Positions 38,616-51,122 of a stretch of DNA of 64,000 nucleotides are shown piece after piece; position 1 is the first letter of the stretch, and each line of letters begins with the position of its first letter. The notes under the pieces are model-generated. The model saw only the letters and a program-made list of their open reading frames with translations. It was not told the origin of the DNA and ran no database searches. Position numbers and translations under genes: made by a program. Origin of the DNA: Guillardia theta CCMP2712 (Eukaryota; Protista; Cryptophyta); the NCBI RefSeq assembly GCF_000315625.1, contig NW_005434595.1, positions 341,719 to 405,718 on the forward strand, in the 5' to 3' direction.

Positions 38616-41480
38616 TTACACAGTCCTCTCGTCCCCTCCATTGACTGGCAGCTGAGCGCCAGTGACCTTGTAGAAGTCGGGCCCTGCCAGCGAGCGAACC
38701 ACCCGAGCCACGTCATGTGACGTGATCTCTGCCTGCCACCCATGCCCGTCATTCCTCCACACTCCAACCCACCCAACCTCCTGCTCCCCCTCCCTCCCCC
38801 CCCCACCCCCCGCAACCTGCACTCTTTTCCTTTCCCCCCAACATCCTCCTCTCCCATCCTCCCTCTCGCCTGGCCTGCCCCACCTTGAGGAGGTTTCTGC
38901 GCTTGTACTGGTCAACCGTGAGGTTGTAGGCGGCAGCGCGGGTCTTGAGCACTTCCTCGCTCCACAAGCCGGTGTCGAAGACAGCGTCCGGATGGACCGT
39001 GTTGACGCGCACGCCGTGAGGAGCGAGCTCAAGAGCAGCGATGCGGCCCAGCTGGGTGAGAGCTGCCTTGGCAACCTGAGCAGGCACTGTGAGAGGAGGA
39101 AGACAAGTTGCATGAGGCTCACGGAGTAGCACGACATGCCTCGCCCTGGTGCGGGAGCATTCTTAGTGCCGACGATGATGAGGCAGGGGTCGACGCCGAG
39201 CTTCAGGTAGGGGATGGTGGCGGTGAGGAGCCTCTGGGAGGCAGTGAGGTTGACCTGCATGGACCGATCCCACTGCTCGGGCTCGATCTCCTCAATGGGT
39301 GCAGACTTAGGAAGGATTCCAGCGTTGAGGACAAGGATGTCCACACCACCGAAGCTGAGGAAAAGAACGTCAAGGGAAGGAAGAACGAAGAACGAAGTAC
39401 TAGGAGACAAGAGGAGCTGGGATGGGAAGGGCAGGGTAGAAGGAGGGAGGAAGAAGGGAGAGGGGTTAAGGAGAAGAGAAGAGGATCTTCACCAGTGAGC
39501 ACAGGTTGAAAGCGCGTCCTTTACAGCCTCTGCATCAGTCAGGTCACACTTGATCCCGAGGAAGGCCGGGCTCTTGAAGACTGTCGACACCTGCTAGTCC
39601 TCAGCTGGGGTTGCTCTTCATCTCGCCCTTTTCACCTCTGGGTTGATGTCAAGAGCCACCACACAAGCGCCGGCGTCAAGAAAGGCCTTGACAACAGCCT
39701 TGCCAATGCCACTTGCTCCTCCGGTCACCACAGCCACCTTGCCGTCAAAGTCCTTCCTTCCTCCTCCCTTCCTCAACTTCGCTTGCTCGAGCTCCCAGTA
39801 CCTAACGGTCCCAGTCATGCGAGCAAGAGGAGGACGAGGAAGATCGCACTCGACATCGAAGAGGTCCTTCTCCCCCAGGCAGCAGTAGCAGCTGAACTTG
39901 CCAGCCCACATGATGGCACGAGAGCTGTATAAGGATGAGACGTGAGAAGGAGGAGGAGGAGGAGGAAGAGGAGGAGGGAGCCTTACGTGTGCTTTGCAAT
40001 GTCATCGTTGATCTTCGTCTGCTTTACTCCGATGCCTGCTGTGCACCATCCCTTGCCTGGCAGAAGAATCCACCTGTTCGCACGTCAGCTCCTCCTCCGT
40101 TCCCATGATCTTCTAACTCTAGTGCGCCCCCCTCCCTTCTCTAACAACATCAACCACACCAAAACATCCTCTTCCACTTCCTCCCTCGAGCATCAGACCT
40201 GGGAGCAGGGTCCAGCATCTTGTGCTCAGGCTTGCGGTTGCGGTTGAAGTACGCCTCGTACTCGGACACGTAGCTCTTCACGTCCTGCTCGGCTCCCGTC
40301 TGGTAGTCGTGGATGATGGCAGGGACTCTCTTGGTCTGGATGATGTGGTCCGGAGTCAACGTCCCGACTTGCGACACCTGCAACCCCACGGTCAGCTGCT
40401 GGAGCATCACCCGTCTGCCCTCACCTTTGACAAGTCCGGAAGGGACGCGAAAGTTTTGGCTGCGTAGCCATTGTTGGCCTTGACCACCATCGGGACGCCG
40501 GCAGCAGTACTGACCTCCTTCCTGATCTTTGCGATGGCCACCTGGCGAGCCGCTCAATGATGTGCAAGGGGAGGATGAGGAGAAGAGAATCAGAGCAGGA
40601 GGAGGAGGGAGAGTACCGGGTCAAGCTTCTCACAGGCTTCACTTCCGCTCTCAAGAGACTCGAAGTACGCCTGCTTGGACTTGAGAAAGTCCTCCGCCTT
40701 CTTCACATTGGCGATCATGTTCTCGTACGAGGTCTTGGCGTCGTTGCCCCAGGTGAAGATGCCGTGGTTGAGAAGGATAATGCAATCGAGTTTGGCCCAG
40801 TCAACCCCGACCGTCATCTCTTTGACCTTCTTTGCGAGCACGAAGCCAGGCATGCAGTAGGGGACGATTAGTGCCTTGTCGCCATATATCTCCTTGATGA
40901 ACTTCTCTCCCTCGGGCGTATTGGTCACCAGGCAAACGGTGTCGGAGTGCGAGTGATCGACAAACGTATAGGGGATAAGAGCATGGAGAATCGTCTCAAT
41001 CGAAGGCCCAGGCGCGTTGGGGTCGAGCATCGCCTGCTTCTGGATGGTAACGAGATCAGTATCCGAGAGTGTCGCCAAGTCTGGAAGCTTGAGCAGAATG
41101 TCCATGCGAACAGGAGCGAAGCCTTGCTTCTCGATGGTCTGACAAAGACAAGCACCATGTCACTAGAGAACAGCAAAACGTCGAAACATTTTCAAAAAGT
41201 CAGGCAGACGTTCTACTCTTACCGCAAGATCCCATCCGCTTCCCTTGACGTAGAGCGCAGGAATCTCGTTGCCGAAGATGTCCTTGTACGGAGCCTTCAC
41301 CGAAGTGTTGCCTCCACCATGAAGCACAAGATCATCGTCCGACCCACTGCCGCTCCCATCAGCATGCACAAGTTGAAGTTAGGATGGAGGTTACATGAGA
41401 CGGGAGGTGTAGACGCGAAGGGCGAAAAGCTCTCCATTGCATTTAGCAGCTTCCTCGTCGTTCCACCGGCTGTAGACCAT
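38616..41480 (-). CDS. Bifunctional class II aldolase / short-chain dehydrogenase (rhamnulose-1-phosphate aldolase-dehydrogenase type), many introns
   Basis: RVYTSRL, LVLHGGGNTSVK, YVKGSGWDLA, PSIETILHA, HSHSD, LLNHG, TPDHII, YWELEQAKL; SDR motifs VTGGASGIG, LNAG, YSVAK, VRVNTVHPDAVFDTGLW. Confidence 0.9.
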
Positions 41481-41811
41481 CTGCCAACAAAGTCAATCAG
41501 ATCGCCAGCATGACCAACGTCTTCTCCTCCTCTTGCTCACTTCCAGCGTTGAAACACACAGAGAAGCTTATCAACGCCTTAGACCTCATCGATGAGACTT
41601 TTACAACATATCTCCTCAAACCTTCCTTTCACACCATGTCACATGGCATATCCCCTCTAGTGATGATCATAGTACGGCTGGCACAAACCTACCCTAGCTT
41701 GCTTCTTCGCACCATTCTGCTTCCTCTACAAAATGCCGGCTCGCTCCAACTAAAATCCTGAATTCTTGCCTCTCATCGTGAAATTTCAGAACTTTGCACT
41801 CTTCGTGCTAT

Positions 41812-41850
41812 CCTGCCCCTGCCTCTGCTCCTGTTCCTGCTCTTCCTGCT

Positions 41851-41905
<55 letters not shown>

Positions 41906-41912
41906 ATCCTGA

Positions 41913-41965
<53 letters not shown>

Positions 41966-42117
41966 ATCCTGCTCCTGCTCCTGCTCCTGATCCTGCTCCT
42001 GATCCTGATCCTGATCCTGCTCCTGATCCTGATCCTGATCATGATCGTGATCATGATCATGATCATGATCATGATCCTGATCCTGATCATGATCATGATC
42101 CCGCTCCCGCTCCTGCT
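41812..42117. repeat. Hexamer microsatellite grading CCTGCT > CCTGAT > CATGAT
   Basis: About 50 six-base units read directly from the sequence. Confidence 0.95.
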
Positions 42118-42324
42118 ACAAAGCGTTCTCTTGGTAGCATTCGTCTGTCGCACATCCCGGCCCCCACGAGTGATCCACCCCCACCCCCTCTGACTACGCC
42201 TTGTGGGAAAGCTATCCCACCCCCACTGTTCCCTCAAAGACTACCCGTATCCGGGAGACAATTCCCTACCCCTGACCCCTTGCTTGGAACGAGTCGGAGC
42301 GGGGAGGAGGGCAAAATTGCACGA

Positions 42325-42840
42325 GCCTCCGAGTCCTGGCAACGGGTGACGGCGTACTACTACCCGGCGTACCGTCGACGGTCCGAGTACGGTCCGAAGC
42401 GGCTTCAGTGGCGGGACTCGTTAGGCCGGGGTGACCGTCCGACGATCCGATGATGGCCGCTGAGGCCCCTGGCACTGGTCCCGGCGACTCATCTCAGGCT
42501 CGGGGCGGCAGCCAGGCGACACCAGTGGTATCATCGGCCCGGCCATGATAGTAACTTCAGTGGCGCCCGGCGCCGCACGGCCGGCTCAGCGGCTCCTCGG
42601 CTGAGGGCCAAGTACTCTGGCAACCGTACGTTAGTACTATCAGTCACGTATCCGAGTCCGGAGCCTGGAGTCCGCCGGACTGGCCGGGTGGGCCCGGCCG
42701 GGCCGCCCCACGCCGGGTCTCAGTCTGCTGACTCGCCGGACGGCCCGGCGGCCGGGCGGCGGCCCGGGCCCCGGCGGGCCTGACTCGAAGTTTTCCGACG
42801 TGGCCAGGGGGCAGGCCCAGCTCTGATGATATTGGTGACG
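42325..42840. repeat. GC-rich palindrome-dense intergenic element C
   Basis: accgtcgacggt, gggtgaccgtcc, tatcat...atgata, agtact, ggcccgggcc, tgactcg. Confidence 0.6.
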
Positions 42841-43429
42841 GAATCATGGTGCAGGAGTGACATCAAGTCAGGGGAGCAAGAGGAGAGCGGAATCAGGAGA
42901 GGAGGAGGACGAGGACGAGGACGAGGACGAGGAGGAGGAGGAGAAGAAGAAGAAGAAGATCAGGGTGAACGAGAGGCACTGGGTGAGAGAGAGGATATGA
43001 GGAAAAGGACAAAGGTGAGAAGAGGACGGAGAAGAAGGGCCCAGAGAGGATGCGGAGAAGATTTGAGGTTGAGAATAGAGGAGCAGGGGGATAATGAGAG
43101 GAGGGTGATGATGATGATCAAGGAGACGAGAAGAGAAGGAGGAGTAGGAGCAATAGCTGCCGCAGGTGAGCAAGCTGGGGGGAAACATGATGTGTCTTGT
43201 CTATTCCAGGGATTAGTGGATTCATCTTTCTAGACATGTATTATCTCGTCAGGTTTGGAATTCTGTTACCACAAGTCTCGAACTCTAACTGAATGTTGAC
43301 AGATTACTTGTCACCTTCGCTTTATTATCAAACGTCTGCTCGGTGGACATCGACCCTGATGACCTTCACGTAGGAGTTTGTTTTTACAAGAACTCTCAAG
43401 TTGATCTCTTTTGATTACAGTCAGAGCCC

Positions 43430-44083
43430 ATCGAAGAGGATGTAGTTCAATCGAGGTTCGGAATAGAGCTAGACAGGCACGTCGACCCGTCTGCTTCGCT
43501 CTTGTGATCTGACAGTTCTGGCAGCATCCATTCACAATTGCTCAAGTCGCCATCATGCAGCTACGAGGACAGGACATGCTTGAGCTCAGCGTTGAAGGAG
43601 ATGAGCCAGCACTCAGATGCGTTGGAGCAATGTTACGAACATCTAGAAGATAGCAGAAACTCAGTTCGTGATGGAATGAATTCATGCAGAGCATGACTTG
43701 TGCACGCAGCTCAAGACTATGGAGAAGACTATGAACGACCACGACGATTTTTTCGCGTCAAAGCGATCAAACCTCAATGCTCAAGTGATGAATCTCCGGG
43801 CACAGAACGAGAAACTCGTTTACGAGGTGAGGAGGTAGGCAGGCAAGCAGAGAGAATCTCTGACCTTGTATGATCAACAGCTCAGTAGATATCAAAACCT
43901 TGGGACAGACAACATGAACCTCCAGCATTCGATGAGGCGAATGACAACGGAACATGATAAACTTCGTCGCGAGGTCTGAGAGAGGTGCTTGTATTATCTC
44001 CCTTGAGCATCATGTACAGGTCAGCACTCTGCAGAAAGAGGTGGATGACCTTGAGATGATGGTCAACTCCATTGACACCAAGG
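43430..44083 (+). CDS. Small-exon coiled-coil protein (absent from the ORF track; ends unresolved)
   Basis: GT-AG-bounded exons join in frame: SYEDRTCLSSALKEMSQHSDALEQCYEHLEDSRNS|LKTMEKTMNDHDD...EKLVYE|LSRYQN...DKLRRE|VSTLQKEVDDLEMMVNSIDTK. Confidence 0.55.
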
Positions 44084-44510
44084 TGAGCTTGCAAAGTCTA
44101 TTATGAAACTATGTCATCGAGTTTTGAAGTGCCATGATGACTATGATCACCTTGTGCTCCCTGCTTCCTGTTTGATCACTGAGCGGCTCAATGGAAATCT
44201 CTTCCATCTGGTTAATGACATCCACTGTTTCTCAGTTCGATATGGAGTTCCAAAAGTGTGGGAGAAATATCCTTCAGCTTCAAGAAACGTACAAGAGCAG
44301 AGACATTCGTCTGCCATGATCCAGATGATTTCTAGGGAAGCAATCGATCTGCCATGATAGAAAACCTTCTGATGAGACCTCAACTTTATTGCTTTGTTAA
44401 ATCGTTTTGCCGAGGGGATAGAACCCGGCTATTTGATGTTGCATTCCATGCAACAGCGATAGTATGGAGAAAGTGAAGACACCCACATGCGTCAATCCCT
44501 TCCTTGGGTA

Positions 44511-45755
44511 TCAACACAACAAGGAATTGATGCGCTTCTTCTTCCCCTGGAGCATATCGCGAGCAGCTTCGATCATGAACCTCGGGTTCATGGCGATCTT
44601 TTCGGGGATCTGAGTAGAATTGATGACGTGGACACCTCTCTTCTTGAGCGACTCAACCATCTTCTTCTGGCTGTCCTCCGCCACTGCGCGAGTGCAGTCT
44701 TCCAGAACATACACGACAAACCCACAGTCCACCGCATCCAGCGCTGTGAATCCAACACAATAATCATACGCCAGGCCCACGACAAAAACTTCACTGACGT
44801 TGCGAGATCGCAGCTCCGCCCTCAGCCTTGTCTCGAAACTTCTGCAGTTGTCAAAGAATCCGCTATAGCTATCAACGCGAGAGTCTAATCCCTTGGACAC
44901 CACAAAGTCTTCGTTTGTAACCGTCAGCTCATTGTGAAACTCTGCTCCTTCGGTGTACTGAACACAGTGTCTGGGCCACATCACTTGTTCACCGGACGTT
45001 CCATCAGGAAGATTAACTCGCTTGCTGGAGAAGACTTGAGCGCCTGGATGATTGTCTACAAAGGAGATGTGATCGTGGGGGTGCCAGTCTCTGGTCAAGC
45101 CGACGATGTCAAACTTTTGACGCAAATCGTTGACAGCATGAACTACATCGATCCCTTCCTTCACTGCAAGAGACCCATGCACGAAATCGTTCTGCAGATC
45201 AATAATGATCAGAGCCCTGTTTCCCACAACCTTAGGCATGAGCTCACGCATCTTGTGCGTAAAGGTGGAGAAGCTGACAAATCCCGTTCGTTCTGGATCA
45301 AAGACAGAAATCATGACGTCCTTGTCCTCTCCTGTCGCCACAAAGTTGGGGTTGATCTCGTGAAACAGCTGATCCAAGAACTCATTGAAGGCTTTTGGAT
45401 CCATTGCGGCATCTCGTGTAAAGAAATTGAAGTTCCTTGCCAACTCAGCATCGGACAACCCGTCAACCAAACTGTAAGGCGGCTTCTGCTGGTAGTTCGA
45501 ATGGATGACGACATCTCTTTTGTTGTTCTGTGGCTCTGCTTCGCTGACTGGTTGAAGCTGCTGCCGTGACGGGCTTGCACAAGCATTCTCGAAGAAGCTC
45601 ACCAAGTCCCCGAAGAAGTTCGAACCCTGTAGAAAGTGCAGCTTCAGTGTTGTTCTCTATCTAATTTAGAATAGAGCCTTCAAAGAGGAACATACCGAAC
45701 TTGAGTCATTGGTGTTCTGCTGTTTTGAGGGATGGCAAGGAATCCACGAAGACAT
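44511..45755 (-). CDS. pncA: Nicotinamidase (isochorismatase family) with N-terminal EF-hand region
   Basis: IIDLQNDF, DWHP..HISF, WPRHCVQ, SKG...DSYSGF, GLAYDYCV; EF-hand FDPERTGFVSFSTF; one intron near the 5' end. Confidence 0.9.
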
Positions 45756-46648
45756 CGCCGCCTTACCTTTTCACAAGTACATGTACACCTCTGTCCTGCG
45801 CAAACAAGACGTCATGATCCCTCCACCGTCTCTGCATGCTCGGTAAAAATAAAATATCTTTGGAACAGCATCCTTGGAGAGTAGAATCACCGGGATAGAA
45901 TAAATTTCATCTAGCTAATTGAGCAGAGACGAAGAAGAGATGAAGCGTGGAGGGATAGGTTGCAACATGGAACAAAAATGGGCGATAATCGATTACAAGG
46001 AAATGAGGGAGAGTCACAGTCCAGACGACCAGGGATCAATCAATCGATCAGGAGAGATCAAAGTTTGGGACAACAGGAAGAGGCAGACTTTGAACGAGAA
46101 GAGGTCAAAGGCGAAATAAGGGGGGAGACAGTTTCTGGCGGGGGAAAGAGCAGAGAGACATGAGAAAAGCAAATATAAGAGGGAGGAGAGGGGGAACATG
46201 GCCGGAAGATCATCCCAGCGCGAGGAAAATACGATTTTTCCAAAGCGCCTGTCTCCATTGCTGTATGGTTCAGTGCGGTTTCCTGGCCGATCGTACCCCT
46301 GTACGCTCACACCCCCACACCCCTGGATACTACTACCATCTACCGGAATACCCCGCTAGTAGGACTTATTGTACCCCACCCCCTATTTTACACCGAGATG
46401 AACCTGTATCACACCCCTGTTTGTTGACTCCACAACCAGGTGTCAACTTCCATCCAACCTTCCACCCTACCTGTGTTTGAACCACTTGACCCCACCCTAC
46501 CCACCCTCGGCAGACGACGCAGAAAACTATTATAGCACCGTTACGGGTGCGCATATTTCGAGCCTTCTTGCTAAATTTGATGGAAACTAATTGAAAATTC
46601 AGCGATGAATTGAATCTCATTTTGCCCATACATACACACACACAAGGA

Positions 46649-48430
46649 ATGAAGGCAATGGTGCCTGCCCTCCTGTTGACCATGCAGGCGCGAGCGATGG
46701 GCCGAAGCGTCATATCCTCCCTCGCGGGTTTCTCACAGTGCAGCACTTTTATCTTGCCCTCTCCCTCCGCTACCGTCTCCTCTCTTAGGCCTGATCCATG
46801 GTATCAAAGGGCTAGGTTGGGAACGGACTGGTTGATACTTCGGAGACGAGCAAAGACGTTGAACGATGGCAGAAGGCACGTTCATCATGACTTTACGATG
46901 AATTCAGTTAGGACGTCGTCTGAGGAGCAACAAACTTCCGCGCCGTATACACCAATTGCTACACGCCCTCTCGTAATCAGCTTTGATCTCGACGACACCC
47001 TATGGCCTACTGTGGATGTGAGTCAGTGGGAAGCGAAATGTGTTGTAACGGTTGTGCCGAAGGTCGTGATGTCAGCAAACAGAGCGATGGAGAGTTGGCT
47101 CAACCTCAACTATCCAGGAACGCCGAATGCAACGGCAATACAAGGGATAATGAAAGCTGAGAGGGAGAGAGCAAGGAAGGAATGCGAGGAACTTGGAGTT
47201 GAAGAGGTTAAGACCTGGGGGGTAGAGGAGGCAGCAGCGATAACTTGATAGCAGAAGCCGATGTCTTACACTGAGATGAGAATCACTGCTCTGCGTCTCG
47301 CAACTGAAGCAGCGGGATATTCGCGGGATGAGGCTGAAGCAGCTTCGAAGAATGCCTTTGACGTCTGGCTGCAAGAGAGAAATGTGATGCTTCTACTTCT
47401 TGTGATGATGACAATGATGACATCAGATCAAACCTTTCATCAGATGATGATGATGATGATGATGATGATGATATGACATTGATGATGATAATTGCAGATA
47501 TGGTGATGATGTTGATAATATTGATGGATCCGAATGGATGTTTCAGGCCGCAGGAGAAAGGCTTCTGTTTCCTGGTGCCGTCAGCGCCCTGCAGGAGATC
47601 AAGAGCATGTATCCGGGTGAGGGGAGGAGAGGAGGACAAGTTCGAGGAAGTTCTCACACTTGAGGATGAAAGATGTTCTTTTCGGAGCGATCACGAATGG
47701 GCGGGCCAACGTCACAGAGATGGGGAGCTTAAGGTCGCTCTTTGACTTTAGTGTGTCTGCAGAAGAACCGGAGGTGATGACTGTGGAGGCATGGCACTAT
47801 GAATGATGGGCATTCTCCAGGTGTTCCCTGACAGGAAACCCTCCACTCGTATATTCTGGGAGGCTGTGACACGTGCGGAAAAGAGGTTGAAAGATCGATC
47901 GCGGAGGAAGGATATTGATAGCCTAGTGCCGCATCTCTCACGATGGATCCACGTTGGAGATGATCTGGTCAATGACATCCTGCCAGCTGGACAGATAGGA
48001 ATGCGGACAGTATGGATAGAGGGGGCACAAGACAGGTATTAGATTTCTTTTACCAGAGTTGTACCTTTTGAGATTGTGACAGATCCCAAGCTTTTTATTC
48101 CACCATGTCGGCTGATGAGAAGGCCAAGAAAGGTGAAGTCGAGCTGTTTGTAGTCAGACTTTGCTGTTTCCTTAAGACTATTTTCTGCTTGCTCTGACAT
48201 GGATTGTAGACACGTTGATCGCAACCTGCAACCCAGACTTTGCAATCTCTGCGGTGAACTTCACATGTTGATGTCGTTCCTTTGATGGCAGCAAAAACAG
48301 GTGACGCTCTTGCCCTCCTTGTTTGAGAGAGTTCAATGAACGATTTCATTGAGGAGGAGGGGCTGTCTTGGTGTCAGAGAAGACGAAAAGGAAGAGGTCA
48401 GGGAGATCAGTGGAGAGCTCCAGGCTTTGA
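46649..48430 (+). CDS. HAD-superfamily hydrolase (subfamily IA), organelle-targeting-like leader
   Basis: Motif I SFDLDDTLW, ITNG, RKPSTRIF, motif IV HVGDDLVND...GMRTVWI; the 3' end is approximate. Confidence 0.85.
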
Positions 48431-48503
48431 GAGCACTCCTTCTCCTCAACGCCAGGGCAGATCATATTAGTTCCAAGAGCAACGCTTCTGTGCTTATCAC
48501 GAA

Positions 48504-50297
48504 TCATCGAGCACCAGCAGCGCCTTGTCCTTCTCTCCTCAACTTGGCGATCCTTTTTCGTGCCTTGGGATTCTTCCTCTGCAGGTCAGTCAACCCCAGG
48601 AGAAAGAGTCTAGCGCTCGTGGACCTTCTTGTTGGGATCGAAGGCAGCTCGCACTTCGTTCGGCAAGTCCTGGACCCCTCCAGCAAACATCATGCTGTCG
48701 CTAGCGTTGCTCTCGAGCCATCCCTTGACTTTCTCTGTGTGCTTCCCGCACTGGCAAATCCGGTCATGGATGTGCCGATGGATGAGAGGAGGTGTAGTCA
48801 ACTCACATGGATGTACCAAAAGCTCGGGAAGGGTGAAGTAGAAACGCCGAACTGAGAAGAATGGAGCCAGGGAGGAGTCCAATAGGTGTACCTGCTGACG
48901 AGTGAGCGCCAACAAGCTGTCACTCTTCCTCTACCGTTTTTTGGGAATGTAGTAGAAGGGCGGGTTGCTACTGCAGGCCTTGTTGAGGATCAGGTCCTTG
49001 TAGTAATCTTTGGTGTATACCCAATTGGGCATGAGAAGGAACCATGGCGATTTCTGCCTTGCTCGTCAGAATGTCTCGACTTGAGCAAGGGCTCACTGTT
49101 CTTGAGATGAAGTTCATCAGACGTTCAGGATGGTCTCCAGAGTAGGGAGGATTCGTGAGCAGGATGTCGTGGGAGGGAATTCTCTTGTCTTCGATTGCCT
49201 GTCGTTTCGTGTCAAAAATTTTGACATGCTGCTGCCTGCAGTCTGGGGGACAGCTTTGCACCTTGTAGAAGTCTTCTCGCTCGTTATAAACGTTTGGAAA
49301 GCCTTGGCGCATCAATCTCTTTTTGACGCTTCCGTTGCAGTAGTAACTAGACAAATACATGAGACAACATCATCAAGTTTTGAATCTCACGGATCATAAA
49401 TCTTGACTGTGTTGTTGTCTTTCTTAAGAATACCTTATCGTGTTGTGAGAAATTCGAGATATCACGAACATGAAACAGAACAACAAGAGTACCAGCAACA
49501 TATTCCAAAACATGTGAAATATCTGCATAGGCCTCGGCTGGAGTTTCAGCATGATCAGCATCATCGATTTCGTATGGAAAATTCCCTGCTTGTGGTTCTG
49601 CTGGATCCTCTTCTGCATTCGAATTTTAGACGATAGTTCGAAACCAGTGCAATGACCACATAAGCACCTGTCTTCTTTTGACAAGTCACTTTGCCTTTCT
49701 TTGTTGGCCTCGGAATATGAAATTCCTTATCTTTTCGTAGCATAGCTTTTACTGTCTTTTCCCTGCCCGCGTCTGAAATCGAATCAAGCTTTCTCTTATT
49801 CGATTCCTTTTTCTGGTCAGAAATCTGCTTATTCGGTGCTTGCTCTGCCGGCGGATTCTTCTGACTTTCTACTCCCACGTGCTTCTTTGGGCTTCGTGTA
49901 TCTTTCTTGTAGAGCTGTGAACGCGATGCTGTCTCGTCTTTTGACTTTCCTTGCAGTGCAGCCCCGCCCTTCGAATATTTCAAAACGTGCGAAGATCAAA
50001 GCAGAATTTACCTTTTTCTTCTTTGGGGTTTTTGACGCTTTGGCTTGACACGTTCGTTTATCATCGTGTTCTACTGTCTTGTTGTTCGTGGTTTCAATCC
50101 TCTGTTGATTGCTTGCACACGTTTTCTCTTTCTTCAACGCTCCTATTTTTTTAAGATAACGCTCTTTCAGTGACGGAGTGCTTGAATTGGCTTGATCGTT
50201 GAATTCGGATTTGTTCTTCTCTGATGTCTCTCGCATCCTGAATGCATGATCATATTCCAACCACGTGTGTTATTGTCCCGTCCTTTTCTCTTGCCAT
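48504..50297 (-). CDS. Putative N6-adenine (amino) methyltransferase-fold protein with Lys-rich termini, multi-exon
   Basis: DHAETPAEAYADI, IYDP|YYCNG (SAM-binding-like), EDFY, DILLTNPPYSGDH (motif IV), PWFLLMPNWVY, SPFPSFWYI; the start is approximate. Confidence 0.7.
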
Positions 50298-51122
50298 CTT
50301 CCTCCTACCTTCCCTTGTTTCATTGCTTGAGCTTGTTTGCCTCATCCTATGTCAAAGTTTCTTGAACTTTATCTCTTGTGTCTCTCTCCAAGCCGGGCTC
50401 TAACTCTATGTTCGCCTCCTTTCCTCCCGCCCTCTCGCCCTGCCTGCCTCTCTGCCTACCTCCCTACCTACCTCCATCTATCCATCCACCCACCCATCCA
50501 CCCATTCACCCATCCACCCATCCCTTCCCTGCGGCCTAGTCGCATTATTTTCAGGGTCGTTACTCCGTAGAAACCATTTCATGCAACGGCTGTGGTGTCT
50601 ATAACGGTTTTGATTTCCTTACGGTTGTTTAACGTAACCGACACGACACCTGTCCGAGGGCATGTCCCAGGAGAGGGCAGAAGGGAGACAGGGAGAGATG
50701 GAGAGATAGGAGAGAGGAAGACGAGGGAATGAAGAGCTCTAAGACAATCGATTGAACAAGAAGCTCGAGTAGATACGAATGATGGAGATATGGGGAAGGG
50801 AGGAGAAGAAGATCTTGCTAACTCCTTTCGGTACTGTCCTTTTGACTGAACTAGAGTATAAGCAGGAAATGTAGAGGGAATGGAAGGTTTATTCTACTGC
50901 ATCGAAAAGTTGGATTCTATCGCATGAATGATTTAAGATCATTAGCCTATACTAGAGTGAGAGTGAGTTAAGGCAGATATTTTATGATAGAACAACTAGT
51001 TGCTCAGGTTTCCGAGCACAACCTGGGAGGATGAAGTGAAATTGGAAATATTTTTATGATGCGACTAAACTGTATCGTCTTCAGCAGGCTTTGTCGTTTT
51101 GGGAAAGTTCTAGCTGTCCAAT

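Noticed and set aside
41773-42453. RS-repeat (SR-like) and PA/PD/HD-repeat ORFs
   Set aside because: Products of the stop-free hexamer microsatellite; no RRM or other domain.
47261-47540. Poly-Met ORF
   Set aside because: (GAT)n tract inside a HAD gene intron.
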